Source of the DNA: Macrostomum lignano
Lineage: Eukaryota
Direction: 5' to 3'
Length of the DNA: 64,000 bases
NCBI GenBank assembly: GCA_002269645.1
Contig: NIVC01001799.1
Coordinates: 1 to 64,000 of the forward strand
The notes under the pieces were generated by a model that made no database searches, had not been told where the DNA came from, and saw only the letters and a program-made list of their open reading frames with translations. Both the position numbers and the translations under genes were made by a program. Each line of letters starts with the position of its first letter. Within the stretch, counting starts at the first letter, position 1. Below, one piece after another: positions 11,091 through 23,449 of this stretch.

Positions 11091-14000
11091 ATGTCTTGCC
11101 TATCCTTTTTTCTTGTCAATATATTCCAGAATGCCATGTAGACCATTTGCGAACATTATTCTCTTATGTCAGTTAATAAATGCATAGTTAACTAATCGTC
11201 TATGATTCAAACGCCTGCTAAAAAGCTGAAATAATGGCCAGTTCAGTTTGTCATTACGCCAGGCTGCGTCTTATGAACAATAATTGATTTTTTCACGATA
11301 GATTTGAATCTGTCACCATCTGCAATACAACAATGCACAGTAACAAAAAGGTGACAAGAAACACTAGGAAATACAGTCTAATTTCAAGAAGGCTAAAGTC
11401 TCTTGAAATATTTTGGCTTGTCAATTTTGTCAGTTGCATATGGATTCTCACAGACTGCATCGGTTGAACATGCAGTTTTGCATGACGAAGATGTTCTCGC
11501 CATTTGGATGAGCGTTTGCGAAGTTGCCCGCCTCCTGGACCGTTGAGCTCTGGATATTGACTGGGCAGACGCTTGTGTTGACTATTGGGCTATCTGACTG
11601 GCTGATGGGCCCGCGCTTGTAATAACATGGCCATTTGAATATACACATACCGCACGCGAAATACCGCCGATATTGTCGTTTGAGTAACTTTAAAAATTAC
11701 ACTTTCTGACGCATAGCATCCTAAAATTTCAAGTCTAACACAATTACTTGATGCTCCCACCATCTCGTTCTACGTAGTCCCTCATCCCAACTGTTCCTTT
11801 TGTTCGATGTTTAATGCTTGACATGAAATGCTTGTCAATGAATATTACACCCAGTTTTATCCTGCGAAATTTTCTATGGCACTTGAAACTGGATGTCAAT
11901 GCTACATTGTTTTGTAACCTTTGTAAGCTTGTACTCTCTTATATGCAGCTATAATTGCCGAGCATATCCATGAGCACGTACTCATACGAGCGTAGACTGC
12001 TATTTGCACTAGCTAGCTAAGTAAATTTACTCACTAAAGCAAGTGGGGAGGGAGCTGGCCTAGTCTTGCAGATAAGCCGCCGGCTTTTGGTACTGCCAGG
12101 CGCTGTTATCTTTAGTTCAACTTAGAGGCACCCTGGCACTGCTAAAGAAGACTCTTGAATGTCAGTGAATATAGCAAAATATCAAGTCATATTCATTTAA
12201 ATTTACTACTGAAACAGTAATACTGTACGTCAGTACATGTTTGCGTCCAGCAATTATCTGCTTTCATTTTAGTATTTTTTGTCGAATTCGTTTAAGCTTT
12301 TCATTTGGAGGACAAACAGTGAGACAACCCGTCTCGAATCTGAGTTACCTGATAGGGCTGGCTATCAAGCCAGCCGACTTGAGCCGTTTTGTACTGATTT
12401 AAGCGAAAAAGCTGCTGTCAAGCTGCTGTCATGCTGTGTCTGCATGAACTGCCCTCTTAACAGCCTACGAGGGCATTTCTGAGACGAGTACAGTTTATAG
12501 TGTACGGTCTCCGAATTCTGAGTCCCGACTCATGCTCGGCTCTCTCTGTTGTAATCTTTCCCCAGGCTGTAACTGCCGCTTAGCAGTCTATTCCGTAATT
12601 TTATTGCTCAGCCCAAGCCTATTTCCTTCTAGTCTTCTTCTCTCACTTCCGAAAGAAGACTATACTCGTAGCTAATTAAATAGTGTACCAAGAACTTTAA
12701 AAGAATAGACGTGAATTGTATAAACACATTCACTAATCATTAAGGGCCGATCGGTTTTTCATATGCAAATTCGTATTTAAGCCTGCATACGCAGGCTTTG
12801 ATAAACCGGGTAAATGAAATAACATAAAATTGTTTTCGTTTTCGCCATGAGTCCGAATTCGAATTAGCACAATAGGGTTGAAGTGCATGCTGCATTGAAA
12901 ATTGACCACCTAGTCTAGTCCAGACAATCGCAGAAAATGCCCTTCGGCTGCTATTTACTAAATAGCTGAAATTTTACAATGTCTCAAAATCTAGGTACGA
13001 GTATAAAGGCCGCGTCGGCAGTATCAGCTCTGCGCAGAGCAAATATGGGGCTGCTTTTATTGCAATTTTTGTCAATAGACGCTCTCCGCCGTCTTTTATA
13101 TAGCCCCACAAGCACCCAAAGCGTGATTGCTTCTATCGGAAGCGAAGCGCAAATTCTGTTTTTAGATTTATGAGCAACAATAGTGTACCATCTGGAGGTC
13201 ATTCGCGTTTGACTCATACGATTCAATTGACTCGCACAGGCTTACTTTTTAGCGTTGAGCTTAAACCCAGTTGACCTGTGGAGCCAATTTATTGTGAGCA
13301 AAAATAGTGGAAATGATTAAAAAAATCTTTTTTAAAGTATTGGTTGATACAGAAACACATTGGCATCGATGTTCTAGCAGTGGGGGACATGATTACGAGC
13401 CTTAGTTATGAGTTGCAGCACTATCCTATAGATGTACGTAATGCAAATTCAGCGGCATAGTGCATTGCTTTGTGCCGACGCAAGATTGATGGAAAAGTTT
13501 TTTTTCAAAGAAATTCAATGCATTGTATGCAATGGAACACCGCAGCACCGTTTTGATGCTCGGGTGTTGCATCGCTTTACCTATTCCACTTAACTCCCGC
13601 TGCCTCATGCAGTTTCTTTATTTCTCGTATTTTCTTCGAAAAGCATCAGAATGTCACTGACAGTCTTCATTTGCCTCTCTATACCAGTCTCTCTTTCTCC
13701 GCTTCTTTTCTTATTATTATTCACTATAAATATTTTTGTGTAAAATTTAGCTTTTCTAAGGTTTCATTGGGTTTGCAACACTTTAATGCAAACTGCAGGA
13801 TAGATAGGGTGGAGGAGAAAGAAAGAAAAAAAGAGGGTAAGAGAGAAACGGTGCGCACAGACAGGCAAGGTAGTGGCGGTCTCGCCCCTGGGTAGGGTTA
13901 GAGTTTCTCGAGACCCCTGCGCTGGGCTTTGACTGGCTAGTTGTCGCCAGCGTGAGAGAGATAAAAAGACAAATTCAACTGACTGGCTGCTATAGCCATG

Positions 14001-14155
14001 CAAGTCCCTTAGTTTTCATTTCGAGACTGTCAAAATTCAATATCGCCACATGAAATAGGAGTAAAACGTAAAACATATTTTGCAGAAGATTTGGACAATA
14101 GTTTGCTTTAGCAATGAAAATCGCCAAATAGAATCCTGATAAAAAGCCCTAATTA

Positions 14156-15142
14156 ATGGCTTATAGTCTGCTGCCGCTGCTGTTGCTGCCGATCCTGTTT
14201 CTGACAATCGTGTCGGCGGATTGCGACTTCTTCCCCTGGAAGAATCATGATGACCTTCTGATTGTCTACTCAAGCCAGCAGGAAAAGGATCTGCGCACCT
14301 GGCAGACGGAGCTCTTGGCGCAGTACTCGCCGGCCACCTCCCAGCTGGTCGTCCTGTTCCGAACGCCGCCATCAAGGGAAAGGCTTGGCCAAGTGAAGCT
14401 TTTGTTCGACGCTACCTGTAACTTAAACAAAGCATACTATCACCTGCTGTCGCTGAACGATACGGAGTCAATAAGCGAGAATGTCACCCTAGCAACAGTG
14501 GACAAACTCGATCTACCCCAATTGAGCGAGTTCTGCCTCCTCTTAGAGGTGTACACCTACCAAAATGGAGACAGTGTAAAGCAGCGAGCATTTAGCCCCA
14601 TGGCCAGAGGCTGTCACGTGAATCTTTATGCAACCGATGCTGCTCACTTCAGCAACCGATCGGCTCTGCCTTTGCCAGTTGCTCAACTGTTGAAGCACCG
14701 ATACGATCTGTTCGTAACTGACAACTGCTGCCTGCAGTACGCCGGATCTTCAAACCACCAGATGCAGCCATCGCAAGCGTCTCCGCTAACATCGAAGACG
14801 CTGACTTCAATGCGAGTTTCGCCGCAGTTGCTAACTGGGCTATACGCTCTGGTTGCTGTGCTCAGCCTGCTGAGTCTGATGCTGCTCATCTGGCTGGCTC
14901 GATATCTAGTTGCTTCGTTAAAAAAGTTCAAAGCCGCTTGCAAAGCGCAATACAGAGAGCTGGCGCTACGGCAGCGTCTGCGAGCTGCACAAATGCCAGT
15001 CTGCCGAGCGCAGGAGCTGCTCCCTGCTGACCTGGCCGGACCTCCGTACCACCACCTGCTGACCCACTGTAAGTCGGTGCGCACCCGGCAGAGAATCGCA
15101 ACAATGGTACCTCCTAAGCATGAACGCCTGCCGAATGTTTAA
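14156..15142 (+). CDS. Intronless 328-aa predicted type I single-pass membrane protein of unknown family
   Basis: Signal-peptide-like MAYSLLPLLLLPILFLTIVSA. Cys-containing ectodomain with NDT/NVT/NRS sequons. Hydrophobic segment LLTGLYALVAVLSLLSLMLLIWLA followed by a basic stop-transfer stretch. Uninterrupted ORF, GC-rich relative to its flanks. Confidence 0.8.
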   Translation: MAYSLLPLLLLPILFLTIVSADCDFFPWKNHDDLLIVYSSQQEKDLRTWQTELLAQYSPATSQLVVLFRTPPSRERLGQVKLLFDATCNLNKAYYHLLSLNDTESISENVTLATVDKLDLPQLSEFCLLLEVYTYQNGDSVKQRAFSPMARGCHVNLYATDAAHFSNRSALPLPVAQLLKHRYDLFVTDNCCLQYAGSSNHQMQPSQASPLTSKTLTSMRVSPQLLTGLYALVAVLSLLSLMLLIWLARYLVASLKKFKAACKAQYRELALRQRLRAAQMPVCRAQELLPADLAGPPYHHLLTHCKSVRTRQRIATMVPPKHERLPNV

Positions 15143-17394
15143 ACACTATACGCGTATGAGGTTGAGCACAGTATGATTCGTAACAACTTTTAATTCAGCT
15201 CAATCAAGAGCATTCGAAGCTGTTGCGCTTTTCTTTCAGGTAGACTATACCGAAAACTTTTCGTCAGGGAAAGGAGACAAAAGATTTTGCGTGGCTTGTT
15301 TTAACGGACGATTTAGTAAAGTAATGCTGCTTGTAATTTAGGAATTTGTAAATGGAATTCGTATTCTAGTGATGTTTTTATCCAAAAATTCAGGCGAAGG
15401 TTGTTGTTTATTATTAATAAAATGACCAACACCAACTAACCAACCAAACCTAAAACCAACTAAAAAGGAGCGGTATATTTAGTTGGGGAAAAGAAATACG
15501 CTGTTTAAATTTTAATTAATAAAGAACTACTTGCACACCTCACAACGAATTCAATGCTTGAATGTATATCTAAAATCATTATCAGTACATGTCAGTTCGC
15601 GAATCTATATTGTTGCTTTGTAAAAGTAGAAAAAGCTTTCTTGTAAAATATAACAAATCTTAGTGTTCACTAAATAATTAAGTTATTATTTTGTTATTCC
15701 TGATAAGTAATGGTTTTAGCTTTAGCTTAAAGTTGAGTCATCTGTAAATTATTAACTGGTGGATTGTGCTGGGTCACTACCCAATATCAGTTCGATATCA
15801 ATCAATATAAACTGATCTGCACTCTGCACATGACTGACAGTTTATTTGATTCAGCAATAAAAGCTGGTCTCGTAAGAAGGTCGAAGAACTGCTGTTTGCA
15901 GATTAAAAATTCAAACTTTAAAAGGTTATGGCTTTTTAAACTAAGATAAAAATTTCTTATGATAGAACTGAAAGCGCACAGTAACTTTCCTGAATTGTCA
16001 GCAACTTTAAATTAATTTTCGAATGTAAAAATAAGAGTGGCTGAAAATTTGATAAAAGTTAAACGATTTGTCCTAGGGGGCACGGGTATATCAGTTTAGG
16101 AGATCTTGGCGCGGTTCCAAAAAGGGCCGGGACAGAAACTTGTGCTTTTGCAGAAACTGTCAGTAGCGGGGGGGACTGTTGGATGTTTCTTACAAATTGT
16201 TTATTCAGGCGATGTGAAATTCAAGTGTGTGTTGGAATTTTATCTAGTGAAATGCTTTTAATGCACGCACGGAACTTACCATTATCATTATTATTCCGTT
16301 GGATGACTAGATCACATGATTCGTTTGGTGAAATAATGGTGGTGCCGACTGTGAAGTGCCCATTGTGGGACAGTCAAGTGCTGTCTGGGAGTTTCACTAT
16401 GCAAGCATATTTGTACTATTTATATCTGTTGTATTCGAATACTATTGGAGAAGCTGAGCGGTGTAGAAACTGTAAAAGTACAGCGTTTCAGTTCGCTTGC
16501 ACCAACAAGATGCCCAATGTAACTGAGAGGCATCAGGTGCAAATAGATATTAGTTTAGCTGTCACATCAATCCGAGTTTACATTCAAATGATAGGTTCAT
16601 TGGCTTCAAGCAAAATAGCTGGTCTAACAGTTGACAGCAGAAAGGCAAGTTTAAATAAAAACGTTTATCAATGCTTGCGCTTTCCTTTTTATTGGGAATT
16701 TTCAACAAACAAGTGTCCCAAAATTTTGCGAAATTCTCCTCCTTTACTCTTAAATGTAAAATCGATTTTCCGGAGATACGGGGGCTAATTACAACATCGG
16801 AAATTCAAAACAGAACTGCAAATTTAATTTGGTCAAGACAGGCCATTGAAAACAAGTTGTCAGTCTAAATGGAACGAAAGCAACGCTTGAATGTTTAATA
16901 CAAACGAGCGTTTCTGTATTAAATCAACTAAAAGTCATCAATCAAAGTCAATCTTTTTTCTTTCTAACTCCTTCTATTCTGTCCGCTGCTCATTTAAAAG
17001 CGACCGCTTTTAGACAAAACAAACAACTGTTTTCATATCTATTTAATGAAGAGATAGTGCACGGCTTGAGATTATTGCAAGATCAAGTCGTGCATCTATC
17101 ACATTACCGACTGGTATAGCCAACTGTGGAGAAGAATTCAAATTTACCAATATCACTTAGCGTGCATTAATGCGCGATTGTCTGCACGCCGATTGACGCT
17201 TTAGTCGATCAGCTTGAAATAATGATATATTCTTCTGCACTATTTTTGAGTGTTATTGTTATTAGCGCGCGAGCGCGATACCGACCGCTGCATATGGTAG
17301 GTAGTTTGACCTGTACTTTTGCCCACCATATTCGTGTCTCTGTGAACACATTTGATTCTAGAAAATCAGTTGCCAACTTTTCTTAAACTGTAGA

Positions 17395-17767
17395 GTAACT
17401 AGAGCGTGCCACCTGGATACCTGTGGCCAGACTATCCAGGAGATCTTGCTCATCACTGGGCGAAGGTGTGAGCGAACTGTTAAGTGCTACTTATCGAGGC
17501 GACGTGATCGCAGTTTGTATAGGGCATCTCTGGCTGTGGATCAGGCGCTGAATCATACAGTTTCGGAAACTAATGTCAATAAGATCGTTAAGCTAGCTCG
17601 TCCAAAATCCAATCACAATAAGCGAGGCTATGATGGAGGAATGTGCGGATGTTTATCAAGAGCCTGTCCAGACCGACGGCGCACTACGTGTGCAGGCTGC
17701 TCCATCAAAGAAGATGAAAGTGACCATTGGCGGCAGTCGCAATCTGATCGATATTCTTTTTGAGTGA
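17395..17767 (+). pseudogene. Crypton YR C-terminal fragment (family E)
   Basis: GQTIQEILLITGRRCERTVKCYL, then in a shifted frame VQAAPSKKMKVTIGGSRNLIDILFE*, matching the C-termini of families A and B. Confidence 0.75.
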
Positions 17768-17961
17768 CGTTTCTGTGTAGGCCTGGTATTAACTGATTAA
17801 CATACGATTTCTTTGTTTAACAGTTTTTGATGTTTTTCTAACATAAAAAAATAAAATTTACCCTTTGTTATTGTTTAAATTGCCGTTGCGTGTTAATGTC
17901 CAAAATGAAATTAACACGCATCCCACGCGCGTGTTATTGTCACCAAAAGTGCATAGCAATG

Positions 17962-18486
17962 GATAAATAATCAGCGGTCCCAGTGCGTGACAACGATTGT
18001 CTAGCGAGCACGCACTGTAGGCCGGTAGGCGCTGTGCGACTGTGACTGAGACTGCGCACTCTATCATTTTATTTTCGACTCTAGCCTCAAGGTTAGCAGT
18101 CAAGCAAAGACTGTATGTGTGCGTGTTTCTGTCTATGTCATAGAATGCGATATATTTTGTATTCACTGTATTTTCTTTCATGCTGAGAGCCAAGCCCGCA
18201 ACTGAGAAATATAAGAGCCTGGAACAGAGGAATCCCAGACAAGACTAACGCAGGCAGACTTGCTGCTACAATATGGAAGACCCGATCTCTTTGCCTTCCG
18301 ATAGCTGAATCACAGCCCGCTTCATAGGCAACAGGCGTGAGCCAGAAAATCGTTGTCACGCACTTGGACCGCTGATTATTTGCATTGTTTTTCTATTTGA
18401 CGATCCTACAGACAATGCATTGCTTGTAGTAATAGATTGTTCTGCATTAAAAATGTGAATAATGATCGTCAAATTGCTAGACAATG
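17962..18486 (+). mobile_element. Non-autonomous AATG-bounded element, copy 1 (525 bp)
   Basis: AATG at 17958-17961 and 18483-18486. The left end GATAAATAATCAGCGGTCCCAGTGCGTGACAACGATT is inverted internally at ~18327-18367, ending in CATT. A paralogous empty site with a single AATG lies at 17162-17197. Confidence 0.85.
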
Positions 18487-18602
18487 CGCGATTGTCTGCA
18501 CACTGATTGATCTGCCAAGTATTTTTGTTCAAAGTATTTTAACGTCTATGGTAAAAACCATGATTATCTGCATTCACTTGTTGGCTCTACCATTCGGCAA
18601 TG

Positions 18603-18868
18603 GATAAATAATCTTCGGTCCCAGTGCGTGACAACGATTGTCTGGCGAGCGCCGGTAGGCACGCACTGTAGGCCGGTATGGCACTGTATGGCGCGAGCCA
18701 TCGGCACTGTATGGCGCGAGCCATAGACAAATCGTTGTCACGTGCTGCGACCGCTGATTCTTTACATTGTTTTTCTGTTTGACGATCCTACAGACAATAA
18801 ATTGTTTGTAGTAATGGGTTGTTCTGCATTAAAAATGTGAATAATGATCGTCAAATTGCTAAACAATG
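18603..18868 (+). mobile_element. Non-autonomous AATG-bounded element, copy 2 (266 bp)
   Basis: Same left end and same ~125-bp right tail as 17962-18486 but a different, shorter interior. AATG at 18599-18602 and 18865-18868. Confidence 0.85.
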
Positions 18869-18979
18869 GAGAGAATCTGTCGTTGAGTTGCACTGTTGGC
18901 TAGTCAATATGACAATGTGATAGAAGCACGTCTTGCAAGTGCAATAATGCCTAGACCACGGGTGCGAGTTTCTATGGAT

Positions 18980-21012
18980 TTTGCCATAGACGTACGAGTT
19001 TGCGTGTAGGAAAATCATTGTCTTTTGACCATAGACAAAGTCATTCCTGCACGGTTTTCGAGAAACGTTAAGAAGAGATGAAAATTGAGTGGAGAGTTTA
19101 TAGAAAAGTGTATAAAGCTTATTGACTATGGCGTCTGTAATCGACTCGGCTCTGAATCCTCCATTAATTGATTTTCGCTACGCTACGGTGTCTGGATTAA
19201 GTGGCGACGAAATGTTTATTGAAAGTGTGTCCAGCAACTTTGAGAGGACGGGCGACGATTTGACTGCACTGATAGCGGATTGCACGTTCAGCGAGGAATT
19301 AGAGAAACTTTTCAGCTCTGATCCGGAAACCTTGTGTAACCTTGACGAATTGGAAAGTCTTGCCGCTCAACTGGAACGCGACAACGAATCTCATTCGACT
19401 GTCTCTAAGGAGAAAGCTGTGATCAACCGCTTGACGGCCTGGTTGGCGGAGAATAATTTAAAAGTGGATTACGCGACTGCTTCGGTGGAAGAAATTGCCA
19501 AATGGGTCCGCTACTTCTATGCGACTCTGCGTAAGTCAGACGGCAGCTTCTATTCGCCGAATACAATCGTAGGAATTCGAGCCGCACTGTTCAGGTACTT
19601 TATGAAATTACGTGGCCTCAATATCATCGCTCACGAGGCTTTTCATAGCGCGAATTTGATGGTGAAGAATGTTTGCAATGCGTATTTGAAGTCCGGTGGT
19701 CGAGTGCAGCATTACGAAGCCATTGAGTCGGACGACCTTGTCAAGCTTGCTTCTTACTTCGACAGAAGCACTCCAACACGTTTGCAAGAAGAGGTATATT
19801 TCAATGTGTTATTTTATTTCGGCAATCGCGGCAGAGAATGGCTACGAGGTCTCACTGTTCGTTCATTCCGAGAGAAGGCCCTATCAAACGGAGCTATGGC
19901 GATCGAGTTGCAAGGCAGCACCTCAAAGAATGTAAAAGGCTCGAGTGACATGCGACTCTGCGACGACAATAAACAGGCCTTGATGGTGGCCAAGCCGGAG
20001 TCAAGGCACTGTCCAGTTCAGGCCTTCCAGCTTTATTTGTCGAAAATTACTGCAGGAATTTTCGCATTCGCATCCGCATTCCTCCTGGTTGGAATCAGGA
20101 GGACTTCTTTCTGCGTCCGAAACCACGAGTGAATGCGGATGGCATCTGGTACACCAAAGTACCAGTTGGAATCAACACTTTGGGGCCGTTGCTCAAGAAG
20201 ATCTCTTCGAATGCTAACCTGTCCAAGCTGTACACTCCGCATTGTGTGCGACCTACAGTTGTTACGGAGCTGCATGAAGCTGGCTTTTCTGTCGAAAAAA
20301 TTGCGAAGGTGACAGGTCACAAGGTGAGCAATTCTTTATTCTTAGTAAGTTTATTGACACATGGACAAGGAATTTATTAAACACCACCTCTATTCACAGA
20401 ATAGCGCGTCGGTAGAACGATACATCCGGAGAGGCAAGAAGAGGGACTCGATCATGGCAGGGATGAGTGATCAGCTGACAGTCGCTCTAGCTGGAACTAT
20501 GCCGGCACCAAGTTCTACATTGAGCGAAGCTCCTGCAAGGGCTGTTACAACTACCGACCCGTGCGCCCTGAGCGACGCTCCTACAAGGGCTGTTGCGACT
20601 ACCGACCCGTGCGGATCAGCGTCAATGTCAACTGTCAAGAAGTCACTGGTTGTTGAAGAATTGACCACCACACTTGTAGCAGCCCCCACTAAGCGGATGA
20701 AGATTTTGGCAAACGGCGAAACGAATGTTGTGCAGTTTATTTTCGAGTAAATGCCGAGAGGGGTGTGAGTAGGTCTATAGACTCATTAACTGTTTCCCTA
20801 GTTCCACTTATTATCCTTTTTGTTCTTCCATATTGTTATTGATTACATATTCAGTTGCTTCTAAAAATAAATTGTTAAATCGTGCAGGAATGAAGTCATT
20901 CCTGCACGATAAGCTAACGTATGTCAAGTGATTTCTACCATAGACACAGACATTCCTGCACGATAATAAAAAAAAAAAAATCATTCCTGCACGCTGTGGT
21001 CAAACGACAATG
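18980..21012 (+). mobile_element. Crypton family A, copy A1 (left ~50 bp missing or replaced)
   Basis: Near-identical to 27869-29911 from TTTTGCCATAGACG onward. Right end ...GGTCAAACGACAATG at 21012. Confidence 0.9.
19122..20750 (+). pseudogene. Tyrosine recombinase gene of A1 (2 exons, intron 20324-20399), frameshifted at 20054-20086
   Basis: Catalytic motifs FGNRG, YTPHCVR and TGHK|NSASVERY after splicing a 76-nt GT..AG intron. Confidence 0.9.
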
Positions 21013-21473
21013 CTGACTCGGTCATAGACAGTTGTGGGCGTAAATTTATTTAACAAAGCAACGGTAAAATATTAAGCGCGACAACAGTTTAGAGTTTTTT
21101 ATTTAAAGCAGTAAGTTTGAATTTCAGATGCCGGTGAACAATCACTTAGAAAAAGTAAAAGAGCAGTTCTCGAACTTGCACTCTATGAATATATGGAACT
21201 CGTGACACCGATTGATCGATTGGATATCAATTGGATTGCTGCCGGCGTAGCAACCACAGGTTCAAGTGATTCGCCGTAGGTAGGCTCAATTGCCGATGCT
21301 GAAGTTGACGACGGACCAGCACGCTTGCAGACTTCACGAGAGCCTGGCCGATGGACGATGACGCCTCCCGTACGACATTGTCACGTTTCCGTGATAGGTA
21401 GCGTCGCATAGTTGCTTCGTTTTGCATTTATCATTTTCAGTTTTTTGCTTGACAAGAAAAAATAATGTCAATG

Positions 21474-23402
21474 GTGTCTGTCTGTCTGTTATCGTATAAA
21501 TAGTACACACAGGCTCTTACAAGCTTCGATCTGACCAAGAAAAAACTTGTCTATGGCCTCAAGAAACCGAAATTTCTCGTATTTTTAGCGTTGAACAATC
21601 AGATTCGCTTTATCGTTGAACAATGATGGATTGCAGCTTTCGCAGTGTGTCTTCATTCAATACCATGCTTAATTTTTTCAATTCCCCGACAACTGTATTA
21701 CTAGCTTGACTGAAGCAGAAATTGCAGCATGCTAAACGTTATACCTATCGTCATTTTTGAGTTGCATGAACCTGGCTTTCGCTTGGAGCAGATATCAAAA
21801 ATCAAAAACTGTCCACCAGTAAATGGTGGACTGGATTTCATCCTGAAGCCTGGGGATAACGCTGGACCTATTGAAGCCGCTCTCACTGGCCGGTTCGAGC
21901 AACTTTCGGAAAATGAAATTGCCAGACACATTGAAGAGACCGTGCCGAAGACTACCAAGAAAAAGGCGCAGTGGGCCTTTTCCGTCTTCCGCGAGTGGCA
22001 TGACGAGAAGAAGCGTGCCTGGGCGATGGGTGAAGGCCCGTCACTTATGGTTCTCGCTGAGCTGGAGGATGCTAGCAAATGTGACCTGAATTACCTGCTG
22101 AAATTTTTTGTTATGGAGGCCCGGAACAAAGATGGTGAGCGCTACTCTGCGCCGACGCTGAAGGATCTGTATTCAATGCTACAGTATCACTGGCAAAACA
22201 CGTTCAAGAAGAATTGGAGCTTCTGGCTTGACAAAGAGTTCGCCGACAGTAAACGTGCTCTAGATGCAGCCATGAAAATCTCGACCAAGGCTGGAAATGG
22301 TGCAGGATTGCGGAAGGCAGATGTGATCCCCGAGTCTATTGAAGAGAAGCTTTGGATCGAAGGTGTGCTTGGAGGGAAGGAACCCAAGATGCTGGTGATC
22401 ACGCTTGTTTGGCTCGTTGGCAAACACTTTGCATTGCGTGGTGGCCAGGAGTTACGAGATCTGCTGTTCGATCGCCAAATCAAGCTTGAGACGGTTGACG
22501 ATGAAGTGTCTGAAGTATGTGGACAATGCCGTGACCAAAACTCATCAGGGCGGCTTACAAGGACTACGAAGGGACCCCAAAGTCGTTCCTGCTTTCCACA
22601 CTGAGAATCACCAAAAATGCATTGTGTGCGTCTACAAGCAGTACGTCTCTGTGCGTCCTAATGAGTGCAACGAGGCGCTGTTTCTGGGATGGAATCGAAA
22701 CTGGAATGGCCAGTCTGGATCTGCCTGGTTGACAAGGGCACCGATTGAACGTCATTCATTGGCAACCGTCGTCAAGGACGCCGTGGCCGTGGTTGCTCCC
22801 TCTGACACGGGACGCTACTCGAATCAGAGTCTCCGTAAGAGTTGCGCAACCCGCCTCCGCGAGGCTGGTATAGAACGGGCGGATATCTGCCGTGTGACTG
22901 GCCACAGCTCCAGTGCAGTGGAAAAGTACATCGGTACCTCGGTGACCATGGAGAAACGCACGAGTGCACTGTTGAGTGGTTCCTCAACCGGCCAACCGGT
23001 GAGTGAGTCTCGGGTGACTGCAGCGCAGGTGCAAGTGCCCTTGCCTCCTCTGGAGGTGCAGGCTCCTACGAAGAAAATGCGCATAGAGGCTTTTGGAGAC
23101 AGCAACAGAGTGGTGTTCCACTTTGATTAGTTTCATCCTCCCTCCTTCGCTGACTCCCTCTGACACCATCTGATACAAGACTGCTTATAACTGTTCGTTG
23201 TTAGATTTTTCACTTTCGATCCCCATTTGTTGCTATTCAGTGTTGTGAAACCGGTCTTGTTTCAAAAGTATAACAGCATCTTTGAGTTTCTACCATAGAC
23301 AATTATTTCTTGGCCTCCAAGAAACGCCTGATGGGAGTCTCAACTCATTTGAAAGAATGTTTTTTTTGCCATAGACAATTATTTCTTGGAGTCCAAGAAA
23401 TG
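21474..23402 (+). mobile_element. Crypton family B, near-intact copy (~1.93 kb; ends tentative)
   Basis: AATG at 21470-21473 and 23399-23402. Subterminal inverted repeat GACCAAGAAAAAACTTGTCTATGG (~21533-21556) vs CCATAGACAATTATTTCTTGGCC (23293-23315, repeated at 23369). Confidence 0.65.
21729..23130 (+). CDS. Crypton-type tyrosine recombinase (DUF3504-like), one apparent 2-nt deletion at ~22505
   Basis: GKHFALRGGQELR, KTHQGG, NQSLRKSCAT and TGHSSSAVEKY. Overlapping ORFs 21729-22604 and 22405-23130 join if GTGTCTG is restored to GTGTGTCTG (compare EVCLVY in the 1.4 kb copy). Confidence 0.85.
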
Positions 23403-23449
23403 AAAATACACAGAGGAGATAGGCAGCTGGCCGGGCCAAAGCGGGGATT

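Noticed and set aside
11448-11850. Minus-strand FVMQNCMFNRC* resembling some Crypton-derived C-termini
   Set aside because: The upstream His-Tyr spacing does not fit the YR motif and no other catalytic motif was found.
13180-13620. Possible hAT dimerisation-domain remnant (NRMSQTRMTS)
   Set aside because: Similarity is too short and no TIR or TSD was found.
16183-16788. 201-aa ORF
   Set aside because: It starts at a non-ATG codon, is AT-rich and has no motif or coding-like composition; likely a chance ORF.
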